Shown here in pieces: positions 12,461 to 25,800 of a DNA stretch of 64,000 nucleotides. The position numbers were made by a program, and so were the translations under genes. Under the pieces are notes generated by a model that worked only from the letters and a program-made list of their open reading frames with translations, did no database searches and was not told the origin of the DNA. Every line of letters starts with the position of its first letter. Within the stretch, counting starts at the first letter, position 1. The DNA comes from Chiloscyllium plagiosum (Eukaryota), in the NCBI RefSeq assembly GCF_004010195.1, contig NC_057753.1, positions 1,166,890 to 1,230,889 on the forward strand, given 5' to 3'.

Positions 12461-14488
12461 TTATTTTTGATAAAGGAATAGATAAGGCAAGTTAAGGGAG
12501 TGGACGCATGTTCTCAGAATTCATTTTACTAAATTGTTTTCTTAACACGGAAGGATGTCTTTACAACAAACACAATACAGATTCATGGAATAGGAGAAGC
12601 CATTCTCCTGGAGAAAAATGCCCTTATCAGGAAATGAATGACAAGACATGTTCAGTTTGCAGAATGGTAGATTGTTTTTCTCCTTTAGGTCTGTATAAAA
12701 GACAAATCAGTCAGCAGTAAATCAAAGCTCTGAAAAGGGAGACATGTTCAAAAGCATTTTAATAAGAACTCAGGAGGTCAAATGCAATAATGCAAAATTT
12801 CCAATAATGTCAAAGATTTGTTGTAAATGTTAAGGAGTCTGATCTTTGGGCAGGGTATTTGACTGTTGACATGAGTGAACTACAGACAAAACTCTACCAG
12901 AAACAAAAGGGGATTTCCTGCAAAAGGTCAGCAGGACTGGCAGCATTTGTAGAGAGAAGCAAGAGTTGATGTTTTGAATCGATTGTCCCTTCCTCAGAAC
13001 TTCCTGAGAAATACCAGCCCGTGCTTGTAAATCTTATAACACTTCATAAAAAAGCCTTATATTTCAAAAGTGTCTTTCAATATATGTGGATTATTTTGAC
13101 CTAATTTTCAGGGACACGTTCCCCACAACAAAGAATGATATCTTATATCTTTCATTTTGTTGGTTATCCAGGAGCTTGACAAAAACAGAGCTGCCCGTTA
13201 TTCTCTCGAGAGTAATGCACTGGCCAATCAAGTTGAATTACTAAGTAAGCATCTCTGTCACACCCACGCGTGTATCATTGTTGTGCTCAGTCCTTGCACG
13301 AAGCTATTTATTATATAGGCTTAACAAACACAGGAGAATAAGATGCGCAATTTTATATGTTTGTGTTCAGATTGTAATATTGTGTGTAATGCTGCGCAGT
13401 ATATTTCCATTCGCCTTGAACCTTTATGCTGTACGTTAGCACAAATGACAACAGTCTTTAAATACTTTAATTTTGGTAAAAGGATTCAATAACCTTTGTG
13501 TATTCTATTAAAATTAGATGAAATTGTAGTGATCTTATAAAAAAATTTAGATTGATGATGTTTTGAATACAGCGGATTTGATTAACTAATTTATCTTATT
13601 TGTAGGAAACATTAAGAAGCTATCAACATCTTAAATTTATGTAGTGGCCATTCTGAGTCAAATTGGAAACGACATTACTACACGTTATGCCATTAAAATC
13701 TGGAATACTGCCTGAATAGTCAATGGTTTAAGGGAAGTTAAGCTTTTCCTATTGATATATGTTGGGTAAAGTTCTGAAGATGCATATAATTCAGGTTAGT
13801 TAAAGTATTAGCAAGTTAGTACTTGCAATCTAGTTGAAAAGAAGAATGGTCTATGGAATCTTAAATGCTTTCTCCTATTCTCCTTTGTAATAGCAAACAC
13901 GAATCTTCAGTTGAATTGAAATGCTGAGAGAACAAGTGATTATAATTTACACAAAAGTACCAAGACAACAAAGCATCAACTAACTTATGATTATAATACA
14001 ATGTGTATCTTTCTGCCGGAAATCCATTCAATTTGGTTGATTTCCTTTTTTAAAGAAAGCGCGTGGCTGTAAATTATCTACTGCATAGCTGAATAATTCC
14101 AAATGCATTTCATTTGCATCATATTTTAATCGAATTGAAATCGCCAATTTGAATGCTATGAATGCGGGTAGAAATTAAACATGTTTAGTCAATAGTTATT
14201 GTGAAGTATTAACGGAAATCTTATTTTTTAGGTTGATATTATTCTCTGTATCTTAATGTTTCTTTTCAAGAGCTTTCGCACCATTTGTTGTTCTCAGGGA
14301 CTGCATGAAATGAAATGTTGTTGCAAATTGGTAGGACGTTGTGAGCAGCCAGCGTGAGGCCAGCCTGAAAACTGGAGAAAAGGAAGCCACGGATTACATT
14401 AATAATGAAATATTAATGACGCCAAAAAGTCTTTAGACTGCCTGCCTTATTTGTCAGCTTAAGTGATGCCAAAGAAATTGATAATATG

Positions 14489-17400
14489 TGTCATGGACTA
14501 GATCAAACACACTCAAAAGATGTTTTAAAAGTTTAGGCGAGACCCAAACTATTTCTTGTTTTAAAGACGAATGTAAAGTGCCTTTGTTGCTTTCCAACTG
14601 ATCAAACTACTCGAAGTTAAGCAAAACACAATTTATTTAAACACCGTAGTTAAACGAGAGTCATAGTGCGCTACCAAACTGGTCCCTGCCAACCAAGATG
14701 TCCATCCAAGCTAACCCCATTTCCCTGAAGGTGTCCCGTTTCCTTCTAAACCTTCGTTATCCATGAATTTGTAGAAATGCCTTTTAAATGTTGTTAATTT
14801 ACCCACCTCAACTACTTCCACTGGAAACTCATTCCACATGCGTACCACCCTCGTATCAAAACGCTGCCCCTCAAGTTCCCTTTTATTCTTTCCCCTCTAA
14901 GCTTAAGCAGATGCCCTCTAGTCGTCCATTCCTTAACCTTGGGAAAAAAGAAGACTGTTTGTATTCACCTATGCATGCCCCTCATGATCGTATACACTTG
15001 TATAAGATCCCCTCAGTCTCATACTCTCTGAAGAAAAAAGTCCAACCTCTCCAGATAACTCAGACCCTTGAGTCCTGGCAACAGCCTTGTAAATTCCTTC
15101 TGCACTCTTTCCCTTTTAATAATATCTTTCCTACAGCAAGACGGCCAAAGTTTGGACACAATACTCCAAGTGCGGCCTCACCAAAGATGTGTACAACTGC
15201 AACATACCTTCCCAACTTCTATAGTCAGTGCTCTGACAGATGAAGACCAGTGTGCTAAAAGCCTTCTTCATCGCCCTGTCTACTTGTGACTCCACTTGCA
15301 AAGAACTGTGCTCCTGAACTCCAAGGTTCCACTTCATACCATAAGGCCCTAACATTCACCATGAAACTCCTACCTTGATTTGACTTTCCAGAATGCAAAT
15401 ATGGAAAGCGAAATTTAGAATACCTGAACAGATTGGAAGCTTAAAAGAATAATAGATGTAGTTACTATTCCTACTTAACTGTTCCAATATATTAACATCC
15501 CATAAGCACACGCCTTTGCAAAATGGAAAATTCAGACACGGAATCTCACTTACAGTTCTCCAATCAAGGCGGAAAAGAAACTTCAAGAGGAGATTCATAA
15601 ATAACAACCAAGAGACATTCACTGAATCTTCCAGCTCTTTTGATACCCCAATATCTTCGGGTGTTACTGGGAAGAAAGCTAGCCCAAGGATCTGGACCTG
15701 TGAGAGCTGGTCACACCTATTCAGACTGCCAAAGAATAACCAAAGGCCTTCCAAGCTGTCTACTGAAGAGGTCTTCAGCAACCACTTTTGTATTTCTGCC
15801 TTACCATCTCTCTTCAAAACGATAAATGGACAAAATAACCTCTTAAAGTGATTGCATCATCATACCTCCTCCTTCAGAAAAACAGAATCATCAATATACA
15901 AAGATGATTTCATTTATAAAACCGTTAATCTTGCTCTATGCCATAATAACATAAATATACATGAACTCAAAGCATGCAAACATTCACCCCTACACTCTAT
16001 TTCAGTCTGTTTACTCTCACCATCACATCATCAAAGCCGCAGGAACACATCGGCAATTGCATTTTCTCATTCTGCCATGTGTATAAGTTTTAAATTGAAT
16101 ACCTGCAGTATTAAACTCAATCTAAACAGTCTGGAAGGTTTGTTCTTAAATTTCTCCAAAAACTTTAATGAGTTAAGATCAGCATATACATTTGTCTCAG
16201 ATACATTGCTGGCAATATAAATGTGGAAATGTTGTAACGCTAAAGGCAAGCTGAAGGTTTTCTTCTCAATCGTGGAAGATGTCTATCGATAAGTATTCAA
16301 CTTTGTGGAAAAATATCCAATAGGTCTTTCCATCCTCTCGCCATCTTCTTGTCAGAATACAGCACGGACACCCATCATTCACATCGAGAGCCAGCTTGAA
16401 TGGTTTTACGTAATTTGGTGTGGCTGAGACTGGGTCAGTGGTTAACACAGCTTTCAGGCTGTGAAATGCCTTCTCAAAGTCTGCCGTCCAGTGCAAATTT
16501 CTGCACTTCTTCAGTAAGTCAATCAATGGAACAACCACACTACTAATTTTGGTATGAATTTTCAATGAACCACATTCAATCCCAGGAATTTTAGTACTGC
16601 CCTCTTCATTGATAGTATGGGAAACTCCCCAATAATCTTTTATTTTCCACATTCCATGCGGCCGACTGTCCATGTACAACAACATGGCCCAAGGAAATGA
16701 CATAGTCGTTTGTGAAGACAAGCTAAGTTTGGTTTGTCATTAAGCCTGCCTCCTGAAGTCAACCGAAAATTGCTGATAGATGCTGAAAATACTACTTTCA
16801 TGTGCGATTAAAAGTCACCCTGTCGTCGATGTACTCCATATAATTGAGTAAACCACAAGTGACCCGTCTTGATTAGCCTTTGAAATGTGATTGACGCACT
16901 TAAATACCAGTTTGACAGGGGAAATTCGATGTCAGGAAAGCCGAAATTCTATTCATTCTTTCGAATAAAAGTACCTGTCAGCATCATCCTAGTAAATCCA
17001 ACTTAAAAATAATATATGTTGCTCGTCCCACCTTCTCAAAACTGTCTTTCAAACGCGGAATAGGATATTGATCAGACTTTGTAACTGCATTGACTTTACT
17101 ATCGTCCAAAATCTTTGGAGGCCATCGGATTTTGCCACCATTTCTATTGGTGATCTCCATTCGCTGCAACTCACTTCGCTTATGTGTCTTTGAGCATGAG
17201 TTCAAACATTTTTGAACCTGTGCCACCTTTAGATGATAAAGTATATAATGATGTTCCTTAATTGGAACATCATTTCCGAAAATTAGATCATACATAGTAC
17301 TTTCCAGCTTATTCCTACGTATCTCCTGTTCTGATATATTAACTCTTTTAGGTCCTGTCAACTTTTCTCTGGGAGGTAACTCAATAAATTATTCCAAAGT

Positions 17401-19075
17401 TGAAACCTTCATGAGCTATCAGCACCACATCCTTTTTAAAGCCATCCGGTAATACAGCTTGGTGAACTTGTGCCCGTTTCTCATCAGCCTGAAGATATGA
17501 TAATCTCCATTTACTCATAACGACGTCATTTTTAGGATAGCAACATTTCTGGGATACACTCAGACACTCCATCTTTATATGTTTTTTGATGGAACTGCTT
17601 CAGTTTTTCATTTTTCTATTACAAGTCAGTTATTTTTCCTGAACTAAAAATATCCATTTTGTCCTCCAACTATTCTCGCTTTTTCCTCAACCATTCGATA
17701 GATATGGTTTCTGATAATTGTACTTGCACTTCCTTATCATTATTCTTTGATTTCGCTCCTGCTCAACAAACAGCTTTGTGCCCTTGTTATAAAATGGTCA
17801 GAAAAAATCCCAGGATATACTTTCTGTCAAATCTCAGTTGCCGGATTTTCAATTGGCTTTTCCACCACAATAGGCAGCAGTCTCACCTGTGATTCAGCAA
17901 TATCAACACCAAAGATAAATTGTGCTCCTAGACCCGAGAATTCTTACAGCAATTCTTTCTTCACATTTCACCGGATGCTCCAACCTTATTATATATTGGA
18001 GCAATTCTCGTCTCACTTTGAATTTCACACATTACCACTTTTTCTATGTAAGTCTTTCTGAATTACATATCTCGATCATCTCTCAATATCAAAGATTGAT
18101 GTTCTCCCGTATCTCTTTAAAGTTCAATTTCTTTCGCTGCTCAACCTGGCTTATGGATGTAAGCCTCACCCTTGCAATTAACTGTTTTGAGAAGACCTCG
18201 CATTTTCTTCTCAATCTATCCCAGACATGTTTTACATTCTGGTTAAGCTTTTTAGCTTCAGCTGTGGTTCCCTTCACCACTTCAAAAATAAAATCCCTGG
18301 GTTATCCAATTTCCCCACATTCGTCCTCCAAGTGCTTTTTCTAAACCATCAAAACTGTGACTTCACGTGCCTTACTTTATTGCAATAATAACACCTGAGT
18401 TACATTAACTTCTCTTTTCCCCACACGGGCTTCCATTTTACCCTGTGATAACTTATCTTTATTACCTTCAAAGAAATGTCCTGATACCTTACCAAGTGAG
18501 GGTTTCCCTTTTCTGCTTCTCATAGATTGAAATTGATGTCAGAGTCAAACTTTGATTTATAAGCCAACTTATAATCATTTGCAATTTCAGCTGTGAATGT
18601 TGCAAAATTAACATTGTGCTCCTCCACATGAGTTATTACTGCTTCAGGAAGTGCATTTTTGAACTCCTCAAAGTTAATCAACACCTCAAAGATAATCTAA
18701 AAGCGTTAAACTTTGTGAACTATTATCAATGCCCCGATGCACCTATCTACATTTTTGTTTGATTCTTTCGAGCACAATGTCCATTAGATCAGGACCCATA
18801 CTTAGATTCCTGAAACTTTATCTGTAGACTTCTGGCTCTAGCCAATATGCACTGAAGGCTGATTTCTTCACATCTTCATTGTCTCCAGATACATCCTCTG
18901 GCAGTGATGCAAATACCTCACTAGCTCTACCTCTCAATGTTGTTTAGTTCAACAAAACTCACATGATGACTGACCACTTCATTTGTTCAATCAATTTACT
19001 AAATGAAATGAAAAAAAAATCTACGTACTGCTCTTCGAATTCAGGCAATTCTTGTGCATGTTTAAACCCCACCAG
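14489..19075 (-). mobile_element. Gmr1-like Ty3/Gypsy LTR retrotransposon remnant, interrupted by a CR1 3' fragment at about 14655-15397
   Basis: Gag-like FFISFSKLIEQMKW (about 18960-19030). Integrase N-terminal region ...HQAVLPDGFKKDVVLIAHE (17381-17572). RT start KVNAVTKSDQYPIPR (16984-17361). RT/RNaseH linker PLIDLLKK...KAFHSLK...KPFKLALD (16266-16721). Putative LTR-like sequence about 14489-16240 (boundaries uncertain). Confidence 0.75.
14655..15397 (-). mobile_element. CR1 LINE 3' fragment
   Basis: ORF 15131-15355 [15 protein letters not shown], the CR1 ORF2 C-terminal motif. Confidence 0.8.
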
Positions 19076-19870
19076 GCAAAAGTGTGGACTGCAGATGCTG
19101 GAGAGCAGAGTCGAGAGTGTGTTGCTGGGAAAGCACAGCAGGTCAGGCAGCATCTGAAGAGCAGGTTCCAGGCATAAGCCCATCTTCAGGAATGAGGCTT
19201 GTGGGCCTTGTGCTGAGAGATAAAAGGGAGTGGGGTGGGGTTGGAGGGAAGGTAGCTGAGAAACAGATAGGAATTCCTAGAGGCATGGCATTCATCCACA
19301 AACTCCATCAACAAACACATCGACCTGGACCCAATATACCAACCACTGCAGCGGACAGCTGAAACTGACAACCGGAAGCGGCAGGGACAGACCACTATAA
19401 ACACCGGAGGAAACATCAAAGAAGCGCTTCGCAGGAGGCTCCCAAGCACTGATGCTGTCGCCTAGCCAAGGGACGAAACGTTTGCAACAAAGACTTCCAG
19501 CTCGGCGAACAGAACCACACCAGGGATAATGTGGGGGAGGGAAATGAGGAAGCTGTTGAAATCCACACTTATCCAGTGTATTTGCAGTGTCCAAAGGCGA
19601 AATATGAGGCGCTCTTCCTCCTGGCGTCGGGTGGTAATGGTTTGGTGGTGGAGGAGGCCCAGAATCCGCATGTTCTTGACGGACTGAGGGAGGAAATGAA
19701 GTGTTCAGCCATGGGGTGTTAGAGTTGGTGGGTGCGGGTGTCCCAGAGATGTTCTCTGAAACGACCCACAATAAGGCAACCTGTCTCCCCGATGTAGAGG
19801 AAACCACATCGGGTGCAATAGATGCAGTAGAAGACATTGGTTGAGGTACATATTGACACATGCGTCTGAT
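19076..19870 (-). mobile_element. Penelope-like element 3' part (GIY-YIG remnant plus terminal repeat)
   Basis: Minus-strand remnant YCIYCTRCGFLYIGETG at about 19780-19835, same family as 52243-53415. Terminal repeat at 19076-19190. Confidence 0.8.
19268..19522 (+). mobile_element. Second Penelope-family 3' fragment nested in the first, opposite strand
   Basis: Plus frame EFLEAWHSSTNSINKHIDLDPIYQPLQ resembles a PLE endonuclease C-terminus. It is followed by hammerhead-like GCA-CTGATGC...GTC..GAC-GAAACGTT-TGC (19446-19485). Confidence 0.7.
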
Positions 19871-22503
19871 TGCAGTAATATCTTTTGGTGATATCGTATC
19901 GATTGTTTCAATTACATTTCAAAAAAAGTAAAGCATATTACCTGGGATCACAGTATCTTAGTGATGGTCAATTTTATTGACCCGGCCCTTGGTGTGTCAG
20001 GAATTACACTCTACAGAATTTCAACCCTCAGCCTTGTCTCAACAATAAATGCAAATGCACTCATAAAATGTTTAACAATTAATTCAACACGATCCATAAT
20101 ATCCACTATCAAGGTTTGAAGATGAGATAATTATTTGGAATAATTGATTCATTCATTTCTGAATGGATGCTTCCATTTCAATACCGCCTGATATAATGAT
20201 ATATTTCTTCATAAAGAATGAAGAACGGAAGAAAGGAAACCGTTGGCTTTTAAAATCCATGACACCAATTCAATCGTTTTCGTTTCATCTTCTATGTTCT
20301 TGGATGATTTCCGAACCACATTGCTCGACTATGTGGAAGTGCAAGGTAGTTGGATGCATGGATTACCAGTGATTGCCAATTCCCCTCAATCCACTGACAA
20401 ACCTGACGTCCAAGTATACAGCTTTTCATGGTCCCCTAAACACATAGATTTACTGTACACAAAAATCTGACCATTATCATATATCACGAGGTAAGTGGAG
20501 TTGGGCAGTAAAAACTGTTGCCCACCTCGAAGGAATGAATTTGGACGCACTCTGGTAGTTATTATGGTCAATAAGCATCGAAAGTAAATTAACGGGACTC
20601 TGAACACATGGTGTTTGATTAAAATTAATTTATTTGAATTTAGTTGCTCAAGGAACATCATTTCTGCAGCGAATACAAGTATGCCATTGGCGCACTCATT
20701 AGAATGAACTGAATTAAACTGCATTCGGATAATACAGGCAAAACATAAATGGATGACATGAAACAGATAAGAATAATTACATTTGGCACCTCCGTGTTTT
20801 CTGAGAATAAAGGCAATAACGAAATAAGAATGCAACACTAAAAATGAAGATAAAGAGATGTTTAAAGGCTGTCGATGACAGTATTATATTTCTACAAGTT
20901 GGGGAACAGAGAGCAAGTTTTTACTGGTTTGGACATTTCATTGTCTGGGTAAATCACAGGAGTTACAGTCTTGCCAATAACGTTAATTGAACGACTCAGA
21001 AATAGACATGGAAATAGAGCGAGGGTACTGAGCAAACAGGTGCTTTGTAATGTCAAAGATGGCACAAGTGGTTGAATAGTCCATTCATGTAAAAAGGAAA
21101 TACCTGACCCATTCAAAATCAAAATTATTGTCTCGGAAGATTGCAGTTAAATAAGCAAAAGAAAAAATTATAATTTAAATGTTGGCTGTGATGTCATACA
21201 GTATCTGGTGTAGGTTTGCCTTTGATAATAGAGATACAATGAACGATTTTATAATATGTTGAAAAACGTTCATCATATAACTTGCTTTGGTGCAACCATG
21301 ACCTCACAACAAGATTCGGAGGAATTCATAACCATGGTTTGAAACAAGAAATATTATTTGAAACACTTTTTCACATATAAGTTTGGTTACTTGGAGCAAT
21401 AGCAGTATACAGTTTCCATTGCATTTCTCTAAGAACGTCAAATCCTGAGATTGTGTCAAGATGGAATCAAAATGATTGTTAATCATATATCGTCATAGAG
21501 TCATGCAACATGGAAACATACCTATTAGGTCGAACCAGCCTATGCTGGTCATTGCCTCAAACTAACCTATTAACACCTGTATGCGCTTGGACCCTATCCC
21601 TACAACTTTTAAGTAAATTCATGTACATATCCGAATATCTTTTAAACGTTGTAACTGTACCCACATCTAGACTTCCTCTAGAATTCAATTCCACACGCGA
21701 GCAACTCTCTGTTTAGAAAACTTGCTCTCAAGCCTTTATTAATCTCTCGCCTCTCATCTTAATGAATATTACACCTAGCCATCTAATACCCCATCCTAGG
21801 GAACAGACACCTGCCATTCACATGATCTATACCAATCATAATTTTGTAAAACTCTATAAAGTCACCCCTCAAACTCTTACAGTCCAGTAGACAAACAAAT
21901 CCCAAAGCACAGAGATTAAGAGCAGGGAGATTATGCTGATATCGTATAAAATGTTGCCTGGGCCACAGCCGCAGCACTGTGTGGAGTTATGAAATTCACG
22001 TTACAGGAGGCATGTTCAGTGTTCTTTGGGTTCTGCGTATAGCACTATTCTCAAACATTTCCTTTGTTAGGTCTAACAAACATAGCTATTAATCACGTTC
22101 AGCAATAATCATCTCCATGTTCAGCAAATGAAAGTCCTGAACAGAAGAAATCATGTGCTCACGCAATAAGGTTATGAATAACAACAGCGACAAAATGAAT
22201 GTTTATAGGTTTAGAATTGTTTCCAAACATTTCCATTGCAATTATTTGGATAATGCATAGCACTTTTCTTTCTATAGTAGTTACTGGACCTCCTACGAAA
22301 TAAATGGGCTGTTATCTTTCCAATGTTATTGGGAATCAGTTGTATCTCTGGCCTCAAGTCCACTAGATCTGGTGGGAAATTTTTAATGTTTACTAATCTC
22401 AAAGACACCGTGAACATATCTCCAGAAAGTGAGTGACATAAGATGTGCTTACACTTTTTCAAGATATTGCTGACAGTCCACAACTTTAAAAAATTGTCTT
22501 CAG

Positions 22504-22509
22504 TTTATT
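22504..22509 (-). terminator. Candidate polyadenylation signal, membrane form
   Basis: AATAAA on the minus strand about 290 nt downstream of the TM2 stop. Confidence 0.55.
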
Positions 22510-22797
22510 TTAATTGATGAAGTGTGATTTCCTCAGTTTGTAGAACTTATGTGGAATTTCATTAAAATCAAGATGTAACAAAGAAAAAGCGAATGCAAGC
22601 GCTAAAGTTTGAAAACGTCCAAATAGTTTTCATAGCTTAGTTGTGACGACAGAGAAACACAAGCTGAAGTGATGGCATGGAGCAGCCGAGACGGTTGAGA
22701 CGGAAAGTTAATTCAACCCCATTTGCGATCAGCATCTGACGGAGTTTCATTCACAATTTGCGACAAAACAAGAAGTAACTGCCTTCAGTAGTTTTTG

Positions 22798-22806
22798 TCA
22801 GTTAAC
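22798..22806 (-). CDS. IgNAR: IgNAR TM2 exon coding part (Val-Asn-stop)
   Basis: Strong acceptor ttttctccatgcag|GTT AAC TGA, phase 0 matching the TM1 donor. Gives a KVN* tail analogous to the Ig KVK tail. AATAAA follows. Confidence 0.7.
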   Translation of the reverse strand, partial: VN

Positions 22807-25800
22807 CTGCATGGAGAAAACCCAACAATTACCAAAATAAGATGGAGAAAAACATCGCATATGCTAAATGACAACCGCAAAAACGTTTCTTATAGTTACG
22901 AAATCCGGAGATCTGATCTATGCTCTGGAAATGACTGACAACAGCCCATGCTGGGTTAAGTTCCCACTGGTTAGGTATTTCTTCAAACATGCAAAGTAAA
23001 ATGAATCATTTGGATTTGGCAGAAAGATGAATGGACCCTTGAATCAAGTTTTACGAAAATATTATGTTAAAAATTGCAATATGTAATGTTCATGATGCAC
23101 AGAACCTCTCTGGTAAGTTAACAGGCTAAGGGAGTAGAAATAAAATAAAAGTAGATGAAGACAAGAATGAGCAAATGTAAAGTCGTTTACAGTTGATGAA
23201 AACAGATCAGATTTGACTTCTAAACGTCCAGCAAAGTATAAATTATCTGTGTTAAATGAATTGAACTAATTTTCACTCTGCATCGTCATCCTGCAATTGA
23301 ACTGTCAGTTAAAATTGCTTCAGTGAAAACTTTGGTTTCAATTGACAGAGTGATTGCTGGTTTCAGCGGTGGCCGTGGATAGCATGCTTCACTGGTTAAT
23401 TTAAGCAAAGAAATTCAGCAGCATACTCGGCACCATATAACGCAGTCATGTTAATGCAGACGTTACTCTACGAAACGTTAGGCCCAGCAATGTATAAAAT
23501 ATGCAATAAAGTCGTTACATATCAAATTTCCAAAGTTAGAGCTGGAAATACTCGCAGAACCTATTTTAAATATTCTACGAAAGCTGACAGAATGAACTGA
23601 AGACTACTTATGGCTATGTGAGACGACTTAACACAAAGGAGATTGAAATTAATATTACAATAAGGCTCTTCTATGCTCCTTGATCATTTGAACAAAAAAA
23701 TCTGTGAAGCATCTGCTCCACTGTATTCAAAATCTGGTTTTGATCTATTTGCCGAGAGTACAGCTGGAATGCAGGAATGTCTTATTCCTCAGACAAAACA
23801 TTTACATCACCCAAAGAAACAAATGAACGGTATATGCTGTAAGTCAGATGCAATCAACAGAAATGCCTGGAAAAACTCAGCAGTTCTGGCAGCATATGTG
23901 GAGAGAAAGCAGACTTAACGTTTTCAATGCAGTGACCCTTCCTCAGAACTTCTGATTTTGTTTGTTCTTGACGACTGGCATATTGGTTTCTGATTCATAA
24001 CTGAGCGTGAATACAAATAGGGAGACATTCTGTAATAGTTGCTCGAATCTCCTAATTTTGTGTTTGTTTGAGAGACCACACAGCTAGAAAGACATTTTGG
24101 TTTGTAAATTGTGCATCACGCAGAAACACCTGAATGATGCTGTGCCTGAAAGGCTGAAATGTATGAAATCTGTGCGCAGTGATGACGCTAAAGTTCTACC
24201 AAAGATGAATTAGTCAGCGTGGCTTAAATTAGTTGGTCGAGAAATGCAGCGAAATAGATAACCGATGAGTTGCAGGAAACTGATATTTTTAGATGGTATC
24301 TTCATCTTCAATATCTGATGATAATGATGACGATGATCGCAGATTATAAGGGAAAGCATAATTAGCGCTAACCCATCAGGAAGCAATGTGGTGAAGAATT
24401 TCCTCATGTAATGAAATTGTAGTCATTGCACTCACCTTCTCAAAATTTTGTGGATATTGTGGGCCAATTTATTTTATATTGTATTCTGGCAAATGTACAA
24501 CCCTGGCAAAATTGACATGGATATATTGTTCCTCAGATGAGATGATTATTGGATAGCCATTTTCTATCCCAATGATGAAAGTGATTAGTGTCTCTAAATT
24601 ATCTTCTTCTAAGTGATGTGTGTTGTAAATTCACAAGGAGCTCTTATAATCCACTTTACTTGTTTTGTGCAGGTGTAAAACTATTGAAATCGTATTTAAG
24701 ATTCTTTGAAACAATTTCCTCCTACCAATTGAGTTTTATGGTTTCATGATTTCTCTTTGCTTTCTTCTGCTTAAAATAACGCTCAAGCACATTTATCAAA
24801 CTAAGCGTGGGTTTCCTATGGGTGCGCCATTTTCTTCCCACAACTCAAAGATGTGCAGGTCAGGTTAATTGGCCATGCGAAATTGTCCATAGTGTTAGGT
24901 GCGTTAGTCAGGGGTAGTTAAAGGGTAGGAGAATGGGTCTGAGTGGATTTCTCTTTGGAGGGTCAGTGTGGACTTGTTAGGCCAAATGGCATGTTTCCAT
25001 ACTGTGGGGAATCTAATCTTGCATTCACTGCGCCAAAGTTTTTAACATTCGCCACTCAGGTAGAAAATATGTATTCTTAGTTATTAATCATTTTTACTGA
25101 AACTAACTGTCCTCTTTCACTATGGTGCAGTGCCCTATTTGCATCTTTTTCACGGAATCTGCAATTTATGACCACGTTTACATCTATGTTAATGATAAAT
25201 TCGCTCCGTAAGTTCACTGAGTTATAGACTGAGGTTTTGTCCAATTGTTCTTTCTTCAATGTTATGTTCATCATTTTGCATGTTTGCCATAAAGCAACCA
25301 ATCAGAAGTGGACCAGTCAATTCATTGAGTTGTACTGCACCAGAGGTTATGCAGACCTAATAATCGTCAAATCCAAGGTGTTAACCTTGGAAGGAATAGC
25401 AAGACAACGGATAACCCAATGAATGACAGGATGCCAGAAAGCTGAGAACACTAGAAGAGCTGTTGGGGTGCTTATCTGCAGATCCCTGAAGGTGGCAGAA
25501 GAGTTTAATACATTAATAAGGCACTCTGGACACTTTCCTTTATCAGGATAGATTTAACAGATTGTAAGAGTAGGGCGGTAATGCAAGAGCTATAGAAATC
25601 TTTGGTTAGGCCACAGCTAGAGTACTGTGTGCAGTTCTGAAAGCCACACTATAGGAAGGATATGGTTGCACTGCAGGGACTACTGAGAAGCTTTGCCAGA
25701 GCTGAAGCATTCTAGATATGAATAGAGGCTGTATGGTCCTTGGTTGTTTTCTTTATGACAGAGAAAAAAAATTAGGAGACCTGATTACAGTGCATTTGAA

